Source of the DNA: Peptococcaceae bacterium UBA6116
Lineage (GTDB): Bacteria; Bacillota; Desulfitobacteriia; Desulfitobacteriales; Syntrophobotulaceae
Direction: 5' to 3'
DNA: 64,000 bases
Assembly: GCA_002423425.1 (NCBI GenBank)
Contig: DIWC01000063.1
Location: forward strand, 45,909 to 109,908
Part shown: piece by piece, positions 8,875 to 17,699 of the stretch
Layout of the letters: each line of letters opens with the position of its first letter
How positions within the stretch are numbered: position 1 is the first letter of the stretch
Position numbers and translations under genes: made by a program
The notes under the pieces: model-generated
What the model was told of the DNA's origin: nothing
Databases searched by the model: none
The model's input: only the letters and a program-made list of their open reading frames with translations

Positions 8875-10284
8875 TCATTTAGTTATTTGCCGGCTAACCC
8901 TTTCCATTTTCATACCGCGTGAACCTTTAACAAGGATCCAGGTTCCGGAGCCATACTCCTTAAGTAATTGTAAAACCACAGATGACGCCTGATCACAGTC
9001 GTCACAGTGATGTATCCTTTGCGGAGCAAAGTCATTCTCCCTGGCACCTAAGGCAATCCCCCGCGCCAGATCACCGACTGTTACAAGTTCTCTAATACCT
9101 AATAAGGCAGCGGTTTGCCCTACTTCCCTATGTCCGGAAACTGCAGCATCTCCTAATTCATACATTTCACCGAGAACAGCAATTGTTTTATCTCCCCCGC
9201 GTTCAGCCAATACTTTGAGAGAAGCTTGCATGGAAATAGGGTTGGCATTATAAACATCATTAAGGATTACACTATCCAGGATTCCCGGAAGGATCTCAAG
9301 TCTCATTTTTGAAAGTTGTAATCCCATTAATGAATGTGCCCCTTCTTTAAGGGATATTCCTAGGTTCAGTCCAACGGCCAGAGCCGCCAGAGCATCAAGG
9401 ACATTATGTTCTCCCTGTAATGGAAGATTGACAGCCGCTTTTTGCCCGCCGGCAATCGCTTCAAAAATGGTCTTAAGCTCACCTGCAGCCCGGATATTCG
9501 TTCCCTGAACATCTGGTTTGATATACTCACCTTTAATTCCGTAGAATACTTTTTTAACCGCAGCTGCTGCGGCTTTAGTTACACTTTGGTAGTCTTCGGC
9601 ATTCAACACTGCAATTCCATCTTGAGGCAGACAGTCAATTAGTTCCCATTTGGCCCGTCCTATATTCTCCTGAGTTTCTAACAACTCCAAGTGAGTAGGT
9701 CCAATATTGGTAATAAGCCCAAGCGAAGGCCTGCAAATATCACAAAGAGCTTTGATTTGACCGAGACCCCTCATGCCCATCTCTAGTACCATAATCTCCA
9801 CTCCTGGGGGGGCGTTTAAAATGGTTAGCGGCAAGCCGATCTCATTGTTTTGGTTTTCTGTATTTTTATGTACGCGGTATTTTGCAGATAAAACAGCCGC
9901 GACCATGTCTTTCGTTGTTGTTTTACCATTACTGCCAGTTATCCCTACTACGAGTGGATTTAGTTCTGTTCTCCATGCTTTGGCCAGTTCCTGCATCGCT
10001 CTTAGGCAATCCTTAACTCCGATAATTGCCTTTCCCGCCGGAACGTCAGAGATCCCTATCTCCAGTTCCTGCAGCCTGGATGATTCGGCCAGGATAACCG
10101 CAGCTCCTGCGGCTAAAGCTTTTTGAATATAACTATGTCCGTCTGTATTCTCACCCCTGAAGGCTGCGAATACTTGCCCTTTGCTTACTTTCCTGCTGTC
10201 GATTGACCAACCGCTGCAAGGAACAGTAGAATTGCCCAAAAGTTCCCCGTCGGATATCGCTGCAATTTTCTCACTATCCCACAT
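8875..10284 (-). CDS. murF: UDP-MurNAc-tripeptide--D-Ala-D-Ala ligase MurF
   Basis: 469 aa with the Mur ligase P-loop GITGSNGKTTTKDM. It overlaps the murE stop by 11 nt. Confidence 0.93.
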   Translation of the reverse strand: MWDSEKIAAISDGELLGNSTVPCSGWSIDSRKVSKGQVFAAFRGENTDGHSYIQKALAAGAAVILAESSRLQELEIGISDVPAGKAIIGVKDCLRAMQELAKAWRTELNPLVVGITGSNGKTTTKDMVAAVLSAKYRVHKNTENQNNEIGLPLTILNAPPGVEIMVLEMGMRGLGQIKALCDICRPSLGLITNIGPTHLELLETQENIGRAKWELIDCLPQDGIAVLNAEDYQSVTKAAAAAVKKVFYGIKGEYIKPDVQGTNIRAAGELKTIFEAIAGGQKAAVNLPLQGEHNVLDALAALAVGLNLGISLKEGAHSLMGLQLSKMRLEILPGILDSVILNDVYNANPISMQASLKVLAERGGDKTIAVLGEMYELGDAAVSGHREVGQTAALLGIRELVTVGDLARGIALGARENDFAPQRIHHCDDCDQASSVVLQLLKEYGSGTWILVKGSRGMKMERVSRQITK

Positions 10285-11752
10285 AACCCATGCCCCTTAA
10301 CGCCATTTCTACTTGTTCTTTATCATCAAAATGTATCTTTTCATTCCCAATAATCTGGTAATCCTCATGCCCTTTCCCGGCAATTACAATAGTGTCCCCC
10401 GGTAAAGCCACTGAACAGGCATGAAGAATAGCCTCGTGCCTATCTTCAATTACTTTATAGTTAACAGTCCCAATCCCGGGAAGAATATCCTCAATAATTC
10501 TATGAGGTTCTTCGGTGCGGGGATTATCTGAGGTGACTATGAAGTAATCGCTTAACCGCCCGGAAGCCTCACCCATGAGCGGACGCTTTTTCCTGTCCCT
10601 GTCTCCCCCACAGCCGAAAACAGTGATAAGCTTACCTGCCGTAATCTCTTTGGCCGTGCTTAAGACATTCTCCAAACCATCGGGAGTGTGGGCGTAATCG
10701 ACAATTACTAAGAATGGCTGTCCCAGACGAATACTTTCGAACCTTCCTGGAACACCTTTAATTTCATCAAGAGCCTTGATAACTGTTTCTAGGGAATACC
10801 CCGCTGAAATCCCCCAGGCAAAGGCAGCTAAGGCATTATAAACACTAAATTTTCCCGGAGTATTACAACATACTTTAGCAACCAGACCATGATATCTAGC
10901 ATTAAACTCAACCCCGCGGGCAGAAAGCTTAATATTTTCAGCTTTAAAATCCGCATTGGAATTAATTCCATAGGTTACCACCTTACAAGCAGCCCTTTGT
11001 TTAAGATACTCATAAGACGCATCATCAGCATTTATTATAGCATATTGCCTTTGTTTATCCTCTGCCATTCCTGCGAAAAGAAGAGATTTAGCTTCTAAGT
11101 ATTCCTGCATATTCTGATGGTAATCAAGATGGTCCTGAGACAAATTGGTAAAGATTCCGGAACGATAAACACAGCCATTGACCCTGCCCAAAGCAAGGGC
11201 ATGAGAAGACACCTCCATTACGACCGTCTCGACTCCTGCAGCCACCATATCATTAAGCAATCTTTGAATTTCGGTCGACTCAGGAGTAGTATGTATCCCC
11301 GGAAAGGTGAGCTGATTGATCCTGGAGCCTAATGTACCTATTAGGCCCGTCTTTTTTCCTCCAAGTTGGACAATCTTCTCGACCAAATGGATTACTGTAG
11401 TCTTCCCGTTCGTCCCTGTTACTCCAACCAGTTCCAGTCGGCGTGAGGGATAATCATAAAAGGCGGCAGCCAGATAACCGGCTGCCTGCCGGGAATCTTT
11501 AACTTTCATTTGAGGAATATCGAGATCAAGGTAACGCTCCACCACCAAGGCATAGGCCCCCGCTTGCACTGCGACCTCAGCGAAGTCATGTCCATCGGTT
11601 TTAAATCCCGGAATACATACATAGATGTCCCCTTGAACTACTTTTCGCGAATCATGAGTTATGCCTGAAACCATTATTTGAGCATCACCACGTATTTCCA
11701 CGTCTTCCAGTCCATCTGCCATATTTAACAGTTTCTTACAGTTCTTAGTCAT
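10274..11752 (-). CDS. murE: UDP-MurNAc-L-Ala-D-Glu--2,6-diaminopimelate ligase MurE
   Basis: P-loop GVTGTNGKTTV. The DNPR motif (TSDNPRTEEP) is typical of meso-DAP-adding enzymes. The ATG at 11752 follows AAGGTGAGG. Confidence 0.93.
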   Translation of the reverse strand: MTKNCKKLLNMADGLEDVEIRGDAQIMVSGITHDSRKVVQGDIYVCIPGFKTDGHDFAEVAVQAGAYALVVERYLDLDIPQMKVKDSRQAAGYLAAAFYDYPSRRLELVGVTGTNGKTTVIHLVEKIVQLGGKKTGLIGTLGSRINQLTFPGIHTTPESTEIQRLLNDMVAAGVETVVMEVSSHALALGRVNGCVYRSGIFTNLSQDHLDYHQNMQEYLEAKSLLFAGMAEDKQRQYAIINADDASYEYLKQRAACKVVTYGINSNADFKAENIKLSARGVEFNARYHGLVAKVCCNTPGKFSVYNALAAFAWGISAGYSLETVIKALDEIKGVPGRFESIRLGQPFLVIVDYAHTPDGLENVLSTAKEITAGKLITVFGCGGDRDRKKRPLMGEASGRLSDYFIVTSDNPRTEEPHRIIEDILPGIGTVNYKVIEDRHEAILHACSVALPGDTIVIAGKGHEDYQIIGNEKIHFDDKEQVEMALRGMGYVG

Positions 11753-11839
11753 AATCCTCACCTTTACCAAGTTATTATACTATTATTAACAAATTAAATG
11801 CTTAGCAGACCTAAAAAATATTTTTTCAGCCTACTGCTT

Positions 11840-13903
11840 TTATTCAGGTAAATCAGTATTCATACTTAAAGGAATCCTGGGACTTAAATCCTTAATGACT
11901 TCCACATCGGGGTCATCTTGGTCTTCCTCTATCCACGGCGCTAAGGTTGGCTGACCCGCTTCCGAACCAAGATAAAGGATTACAGTCGAACCTTTTTCAA
12001 CTTTGGCCTCTCCATGTGGAATCTGATCCACAACATTAGCCCCCTTGCCTTCTATCATAACTTTAAACCCGGATTTTTTAAGAGTTTGTTCTGCTTCTGT
12101 CTGGGAATATCCTAAGACCGAAGGTACAATAGCCGCCTCTTTAACAGGCGGAAATTCTACCCCATACATCGGTTTACCCGGAGCAAGCGGCGCATTGGCG
12201 TCGGGCTTAACTCCTAAGTATTTTAGAGAATCAAGCATTACTGACTGTACAACAGGACCCGCTACAACCCCTCCATAAAAAGGTACCCCGTCAATTACAA
12301 CCAGTATAGCTAAACGCGGATTATTAGCCGGTGCGAAACTGATAAAGGAAGCGACATATTCCCCCTGGATATAGGAACCGTTGGCAACTTTTTGAGCGGT
12401 TCCGGTCTTCCCGGCCACCCTATACCCCGGCAGAAATGCTCTTCGACCTGTACCATTAGTAACGACCGATTCCAGAATTTCGCATTCCAATTTAGCTGTA
12501 TCCTTGGAGATTACTCTTCTCACTTCTTCTTTTTGGAACGGCACAATTACTTCTCCCGTAGGCGAGGTTATTTCCTGTACCAGCTGTGGTTTAAGCAAAG
12601 TCCCGCCATTAGCTACTGCCGATACGGCTGTGAGCAGCTGGATAGGGGTAACATTATTGGTTTGCCCGATAGACATTGTAGCCAGATCCAAAGCTGTAGC
12701 TTTCTTTTTATTAGCCAAAATGCCTTTAGCTTCCCCCGACATCTCAATTCCGGTTTTTTGGCCAAATCCAAAAGCAGTCAGGTACTTGTAAAATCTATCC
12801 ATTCCCAGACGTTGACCCATTTCAATAAAACCAGGGTTGCAGGAATTCTCGGCAACTTGAACCATGGTCTGGGTTCCATGCCCGCCTGCTTTCCAGCAGC
12901 GTATCTTTTTACCTAGGATAGTGATTGATCCGGAGTCAGTAAATGATTCCGTAGGTTTAATGACTTTTTCTTGCAGAGCAGCTGCCAGAGTGACGATTTT
13001 GAACGTTGATCCCGGTTCATAACCATTCTGAATTGCAATATTCCTACGGGAGCTGACCGGGGCCGCTTGATAATTATTCGGATCAAAAGTCGGCGCCGAA
13101 GCGATAGCCAGCATTTTTCCGGTAGAGGGTTCCATCACCAGAATGGAAGCGCTCTTCGGAATTCGCCCTTCCATGTTTACTCCTTGCCCTGTCATTAGTT
13201 TGGCGAGCTCACGCTCGGCAAAGGCCTGAATATTCTTATCTATTGTAAGTTTGACGGTATTTCCCTGAATCGGTTGAATAAATTCTTGCTGGGCGTCGGG
13301 AATTTTTATCCCGTTGGCTCCATATTCCGTCAGGATACTTCCCGGAGTCCCGGTTAATTCTTTATCCCTGGATTTCTCGATACCTTCCAATCCCTGGCTG
13401 TCGATTCCGGTAAAACCTATAATATGCGCAGTGAGTGTGCCGTTAGGATAAAAACGGGTACTATCTTCAACTACCCCGATGCCTGGCAGGTTTGATTGCT
13501 TAATAACGGTCGCCGTATCCGCCGATATCTTCTTTTTGACATATTCCAACGATGTACGTTTTGTAATGTTCTCAAGTACCGCAGCCTTCTCCAGTTTTAG
13601 TATCTCTGCTAATTTAGCAGCGATCTCTTCCTGCTTACCGGATTTTTTTACTTCTGCCGGAATGGCATATACTGTCTCCGAACTGACGCTCATTGCTAAG
13701 ATATTACCATTACAATCCTCAATATTGCCCCTTTTAGAAGCAACCGGAACCCCTCTAAAGTGTTCCTCATCTGCTAGATTCTTTAAAAAAGGCCCATCTC
13801 TTAACTGAACATAGCCCAAACGGATTATGAGAATGATCAGAAATATACTACATAACCCTAAAAGCAAGACAATTCTTTTGCGCAAAACAAGGAGCTGCAT
13901 CAT
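11840..13903 (-). CDS. Class B penicillin-binding protein with C-terminal PASTA domain (SpoVD/FtsI type)
   Basis: 687 aa with an N-terminal TM helix and the transpeptidase motifs STFK (GSTFKIV), SCN (ENSCNPGF) and KTGT (AGKTGTAQ). A PASTA-like segment (VPSVLGYSQTEAEQTLKKSGFKV) is present. Confidence 0.92.
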   Translation of the reverse strand: MMQLLVLRKRIVLLLGLCSIFLIILIIRLGYVQLRDGPFLKNLADEEHFRGVPVASKRGNIEDCNGNILAMSVSSETVYAIPAEVKKSGKQEEIAAKLAEILKLEKAAVLENITKRTSLEYVKKKISADTATVIKQSNLPGIGVVEDSTRFYPNGTLTAHIIGFTGIDSQGLEGIEKSRDKELTGTPGSILTEYGANGIKIPDAQQEFIQPIQGNTVKLTIDKNIQAFAERELAKLMTGQGVNMEGRIPKSASILVMEPSTGKMLAIASAPTFDPNNYQAAPVSSRRNIAIQNGYEPGSTFKIVTLAAALQEKVIKPTESFTDSGSITILGKKIRCWKAGGHGTQTMVQVAENSCNPGFIEMGQRLGMDRFYKYLTAFGFGQKTGIEMSGEAKGILANKKKATALDLATMSIGQTNNVTPIQLLTAVSAVANGGTLLKPQLVQEITSPTGEVIVPFQKEEVRRVISKDTAKLECEILESVVTNGTGRRAFLPGYRVAGKTGTAQKVANGSYIQGEYVASFISFAPANNPRLAILVVIDGVPFYGGVVAGPVVQSVMLDSLKYLGVKPDANAPLAPGKPMYGVEFPPVKEAAIVPSVLGYSQTEAEQTLKKSGFKVMIEGKGANVVDQIPHGEAKVEKGSTVILYLGSEAGQPTLAPWIEEDQDDPDVEVIKDLSPRIPLSMNTDLPE

Positions 13904-13953
13904 AGAAAATCTACCCCCATATTTAGGGGTAGATTTGAACTCATTGGACGCTG

Positions 13954-14472
13954 CTACCTTTGGGTCGAAGCAAAAAAGCTCGTAAATATCCTAAAGACAT
14001 GATCGAATACCGAGTTGGCTTCGCCTTTAGCCGGTACTTCCGCAGTCTTCTGAGTTTGTTCCACCCCTACCGCTTTTTCTGGTTGAATAATGTTACTGGC
14101 AATATAGATTGTTCCCTCAGGTTTTTTCATACCCATAGCCAAAGCAGCTTTCTCGATCCTCGCCACGGAACTAAGTCTGTCTACTTCGACCTGCAGTAAG
14201 CCATTTTCAGCGTTCAGGGCTTGAAGATCTCTCTCCAAGGCTCTGGTCTCCGCTCCTTTGACAACAGTGGTATGGACGGTTTTAGCACCGATGATGCCAA
14301 ACATAACGATGACTACCAACATGATCGCCAGGCTTTGAACGTTCAATTTATTGGCCCGAGAAACTTTTTTGGACTGTGTATTTCTTCTTCTAGGTATGAT
14401 TAAACCACAGTCTTCGTCATATGAGTAGGTAAAAGGATCATCGTAATTGAGTTTTTTTTGTGCCATTAACAT
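13954..14472 (-). CDS. ftsL: Cell division protein FtsL (long form)
   Basis: 172 aa with a single TM helix (LAIMLVVIVMFGIIG) followed by a coiled coil (LERDLQALNAENGLLQVEVDRL). It has the canonical position between rsmH and the PBP. Confidence 0.75.
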   Translation of the reverse strand: MLMAQKKLNYDDPFTYSYDEDCGLIIPRRRNTQSKKVSRANKLNVQSLAIMLVVIVMFGIIGAKTVHTTVVKGAETRALERDLQALNAENGLLQVEVDRLSSVARIEKAALAMGMKKPEGTIYIASNIIQPEKAVGVEQTQKTAEVPAKGEANSVFDHVFRIFTSFFASTQR

Positions 14473-14493
14473 CGTATTCTACTCCCCTCCTGT

Positions 14494-15441
14494 TTAGACC
14501 TGAAGTTTCTCGGCGACGCGCAACTTAGAGCTTCTTGCTCTGGGATTTAATTCTTCCTCCTCCCTTGATGGGACAAGAGGTTTTTTGTTAATCAGCTTAA
14601 TGAGCGGTTTAGCACCGCACCTACAAACCGGAAAAGAAGGCGGACATGTACATTTGCCCAACCAGGACTGGAATTTCTTTTTAACTATTCTGTCTTCTAA
14701 AGAATGAAAGGTTATTACCACTATTCTGCCGCCGCTTGCCAGACAGCGCAGCGACTGGTCAATGGCGGTTTCCAGAACCTCAAGTTCCCGGTTGACGGCT
14801 ATCCGTAAAGCTTGAAAAGTCCGTTTAGCCGGATGAGGGCCCTCCCTGCGGGCAGCAGCGGGAATGGCTCTTTTAATTATGTCAACCAGTTGTCCAGTTG
14901 TTCGAATCTGTTCCTGAGTACGGTAATCTTCGATAAACCTAGCAATTCTTAAAGCCCATTTTTCTTCCCCATATTCACGAATAATCGCAGTCAAATCTTC
15001 CCTACTCCAATAGTTAACTATTTCCTCTGCAGTTAATGCAGTCCTCCTGTCCATCCTCATGTCAAGCGGCGCGTCATGCATGTAGCTAAAACCCCTCCCG
15101 GCTTCATCCAATTGGGGGGAAGACACACCTAAATCGAACATAATACCAACCGCAGGCAGCATTTTGTGATCCGTAAGAGTCTGTTCCAGTTCTGCAAAAT
15201 TCTTTTGGAAAATACTCACCCGCGGGTCACCGGTAAACCTATCCCGAGCATTTTTGACAGCTGCCTCATCTTGATCAAAACAAACAAGCCGTCCCTGAGA
15301 GCTGAGCCTTTGCAAAAGAAGCTCAGAATGCCCACCACCACCGAGCGTACAATCGACATATATCCCATCGGGAACAGTGAAGATATAATCCACTGTTTCC
15401 GTAAGAAGCACACTTTTATGCTGAAAAGCCAATTGAGCCAT
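14494..15441 (-). CDS. rsmH: 16S rRNA (cytosine1402-N4)-methyltransferase RsmH (MraW)
   Basis: 315 aa with the SAM motif YVDCTLGGGGHSE and the FDLGVSSPQLD motif. Confidence 0.96.
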   Translation of the reverse strand: MAQLAFQHKSVLLTETVDYIFTVPDGIYVDCTLGGGGHSELLLQRLSSQGRLVCFDQDEAAVKNARDRFTGDPRVSIFQKNFAELEQTLTDHKMLPAVGIMFDLGVSSPQLDEAGRGFSYMHDAPLDMRMDRRTALTAEEIVNYWSREDLTAIIREYGEEKWALRIARFIEDYRTQEQIRTTGQLVDIIKRAIPAAARREGPHPAKRTFQALRIAVNRELEVLETAIDQSLRCLASGGRIVVITFHSLEDRIVKKKFQSWLGKCTCPPSFPVCRCGAKPLIKLINKKPLVPSREEEELNPRARSSKLRVAEKLQV

Positions 15442-15447
15442 TCCTTT

Positions 15448-15879
15448 CTAAATACCAAGATCGACCAGGGATTCTGCGGCTTTTTCATAATCGTTCTCAG
15501 CCTGAGAACTATACTCGTTCCACTTATCAGCATTCCAGACTTCAATCCTGTTCATTACGCCTACGACGACAACATCTTTTTCCAAGTCCGCATATTCCCT
15601 TAAATTAGCCGGCAATAAGATTCTCCCCTGTTTATCGAATTCACATTCGGTTGCCCCGGAAAAAAAGAAGCGCACAAAAGCTCTGGCATTTGGTTGAGAA
15701 ACAGGCAGTTTTTTTAGCTTCTCTTCAAAGTTCTGCCATTCATTTTGAGGGTAAAGAAACAGACAGTTATCCAGTCCCTTGGTCGTAATAAATCTATCCC
15801 CGAGGGTCTCCCTGAATTTGGCCGGAATTATTAACCGGCCCTTACCGTCTATTGTATGGAGGAATTCCCCCATAAACAT
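15448..15879 (-). CDS. mraZ: Transcriptional regulator MraZ
   Basis: Two SpoVT/AbrB-like repeats (DGKGRLIIPAKFRE and DKQGRILLPANLRE). The start is taken at MFMGEF as in Bacillus MraZ. The ATG at 15873 and the GTG at 15888 are alternatives. Confidence 0.93.
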   Translation of the reverse strand: MFMGEFLHTIDGKGRLIIPAKFRETLGDRFITTKGLDNCLFLYPQNEWQNFEEKLKKLPVSQPNARAFVRFFFSGATECEFDKQGRILLPANLREYADLEKDVVVVGVMNRIEVWNADKWNEYSSQAENDYEKAAESLVDLGI

Positions 15880-15907
15880 ATCCTTCACCCCACTAGGGTT
15901 TATTTGT

Positions 15908-15940
15908 CCACCACTTCAACCCACTTTACTCCACTTTATT
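15908..15940 (-). promoter_or_regulatory. MraZ operator: three direct AAGTGG repeats at exact 10-nt spacing
   Basis: The minus strand reads AAAGTGGAGT AAAGTGGGTT GAAGTGGTGG (plus-strand CCACTT at 15911, 15921, 15931). The repeats lie 30-60 nt upstream of the mraZ start and just downstream of a TATAGT -10-like hexamer. Confidence 0.75.
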
Positions 15941-15980
15941 CTACGTTAATACTATATCTCCTTCTTTTAATTTTAGAAAA

Positions 15981-16012
15981 ATAAAAAAATGGGATTTAGG
16001 TCCCATTTTTTA
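15981..16012 (-). terminator. Terminator after the patatin-like gene (A/T-flanked hairpin, potentially bidirectional)
   Basis: ATGGGA (15989-15994) pairs with TCCCAT (16001-16006). The stem is flanked by an A run on the left and a T run on the right, about 40 nt after the stop at 16052. Confidence 0.65.
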
Positions 16013-16051
16013 TAGTAAATTAATCTTGAATCACATATTGTTTAATTCAAA

Positions 16052-17311
16052 TCACATATTAATTAATATTATTAGTCCTAAGTCCATTGTTAGAAGATAG
16101 TTGCCATATATTTCACCGGCTGATTCGCGCACAATCTTATCTCTTACAGCTCTGGACAAAACATCGTTTTGTCTAACAAAAGCAGGTATTCGCAAATTTT
16201 CCTTAGATTTAAGATTATCTGTTTCTTTGATTGTTATTCTTATGGCAGAGAAAAAATCATGAAGTGAATAAATCTTAAACCGCTCAACATTATGATCCAG
16301 GGCTATAATTTCCAAAATCCCAATTACTAAATCCTCATAACTGCTTTCTTCTCCGAGATCAAGCAAAAAAGCCAGCTTGGGAATAATATGTTCAAATAAA
16401 AGCCTACGATAAGGTAACTCTTTAAATCCTAAAGTTTCTCCTAATTTTAAAATAGCTTTCTCCCCAGGTGCCAAAAGAAAATTAGCGAAGATTTCTTCAT
16501 CATTTACCGGTTTAATATAATACTTTTTTCCTTTTAAACCCTGAAAAGATTTTAGAACATCATAATATCCAAGCTGGAGATTTATTCTGGCTTGTTTTTG
16601 ATTAAAATCCAGAATTCCTCCGAGATTATCTTCGGCAGAAATATATTTAACTTTTACCTTGGAATCAGAAATTCTTCTGGTTCTTCCCAACGCTTTGGTC
16701 CTAATAGCAATAATATCCTTATAACCTTTTCTTACAAGCATATTCAACGGAAGATTATCGTAAAACCCGCCATCCATAAAACGCTTGCCGTCAAGTTTTT
16801 CCTGTTTAAACGCCGGCAGATTGGCACTTGCCAAAAGGTATTCCACTACCTTGCCTTCCGGTACGTCTTGGAGAAACAATTCAAGAGGCTTCAGTTCGGA
16901 AATAGAAACTGTAACAAATCCAAAACTGATTTTCGAATCTCTTAATTTTTGTTCATCAATTACTTCTTTTAGCAGTTTTTTGATAAAGGTAATATCCAGC
17001 CCTTTGTTTTGGAATATATTCCAGGCTTTTTTCATGAAATAGATTAAACCGTCATGGGAAATGTCAAGATACCGTAATTCCTCTAACCTGGCTTCCTCAA
17101 TATCAAACACCTGTGATGGCGAAATATTATACCAGAGTTCGTAAGCTTTATCCAGTTGATTCTGAACAATCATCGCCCCGTTTAACGCTCCAATGGAAGT
17201 ACCCGCGATGGCACCAATATCTACTCCTAGTTCCATTAAAGCTTTGCAGGCACCTATCTGATAAGAACCCTTAGCACCTCCGCCTTCCAAAACGAGACCA
17301 TACATCACCAT
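16052..17311 (-). CDS. Patatin-like phospholipase
   Basis: 419 aa with oxyanion-hole LEGGGAKGSY, nucleophile elbow GTSIG (GxSxG) and catalytic Asp motif FMDGGFYDN. About 200 aa of C-terminal extension has unknown function. Confidence 0.88.
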   Translation of the reverse strand: MVMYGLVLEGGGAKGSYQIGACKALMELGVDIGAIAGTSIGALNGAMIVQNQLDKAYELWYNISPSQVFDIEEARLEELRYLDISHDGLIYFMKKAWNIFQNKGLDITFIKKLLKEVIDEQKLRDSKISFGFVTVSISELKPLELFLQDVPEGKVVEYLLASANLPAFKQEKLDGKRFMDGGFYDNLPLNMLVRKGYKDIIAIRTKALGRTRRISDSKVKVKYISAEDNLGGILDFNQKQARINLQLGYYDVLKSFQGLKGKKYYIKPVNDEEIFANFLLAPGEKAILKLGETLGFKELPYRRLLFEHIIPKLAFLLDLGEESSYEDLVIGILEIIALDHNVERFKIYSLHDFFSAIRITIKETDNLKSKENLRIPAFVRQNDVLSRAVRDKIVRESAGEIYGNYLLTMDLGLIILINM

Positions 17312-17360
17312 TCATTTAGCACTCCTTGAGCTTGAGATTTACTTTATTCTTAATCGTAAT

Positions 17361-17393
17361 AAAAAAAAGGCTTTACATTATTACGCAAAACCT
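17361..17393 (-). terminator. Candidate terminator after the DUF1858 gene
   Basis: The minus strand has a 7-bp stem (17368-17374 with 17387-17393; one pair is G.U on the minus strand only) followed by U8 (A run 17361-17368 on plus). Confidence 0.5.
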
Positions 17394-17410
17394 CAAAATC
17401 TTTATTAACA

Positions 17411-17605
17411 CTATTGGCCAATAATATTGTTAAGCTCTTCGACTAATTGATCGGGATCTTTACCATGAGTAAGAGCGGCACCTTCTACACTTTCCATTGT
17501 TGCCGACGGGCATCCAAGGCAATGCATTCCCAAAGCAATAAAGGCTTCAGCCGTTTGCGGATATTCTCTTAGAACCTGACCAATAACCATTTCTTTAGTA
17601 ATCAT
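17411..17605 (-). CDS. DUF1858 / hybrid-cluster-protein-associated redox disulfide domain protein
   Basis: 64 aa. GMHCLGCPSATMESVEGAALTHG matches my recollection of the DUF1858 CxxC core. Confidence 0.6.
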   Translation of the reverse strand: MITKEMVIGQVLREYPQTAEAFIALGMHCLGCPSATMESVEGAALTHGKDPDQLVEELNNIIGQ

Positions 17606-17699
17606 TTTATTTATTATCCTCCTTCAGTAGTTTGTCCAGTCCCTGTTATTATAAATTATGCAATTATAAGAAGCAAACCTATTCCTTATTTAATAAATT

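Noticed and set aside
16052-17311. Patatin-like phospholipase as a possible CBASS/defence effector
   Set aside because: No cyclase, sensor, TIR/SAVED or other partner gene is adjacent. The gene is monocistronic between terminators next to the dcw cluster, as for the housekeeping ylbK-type patatin in Bacillus.
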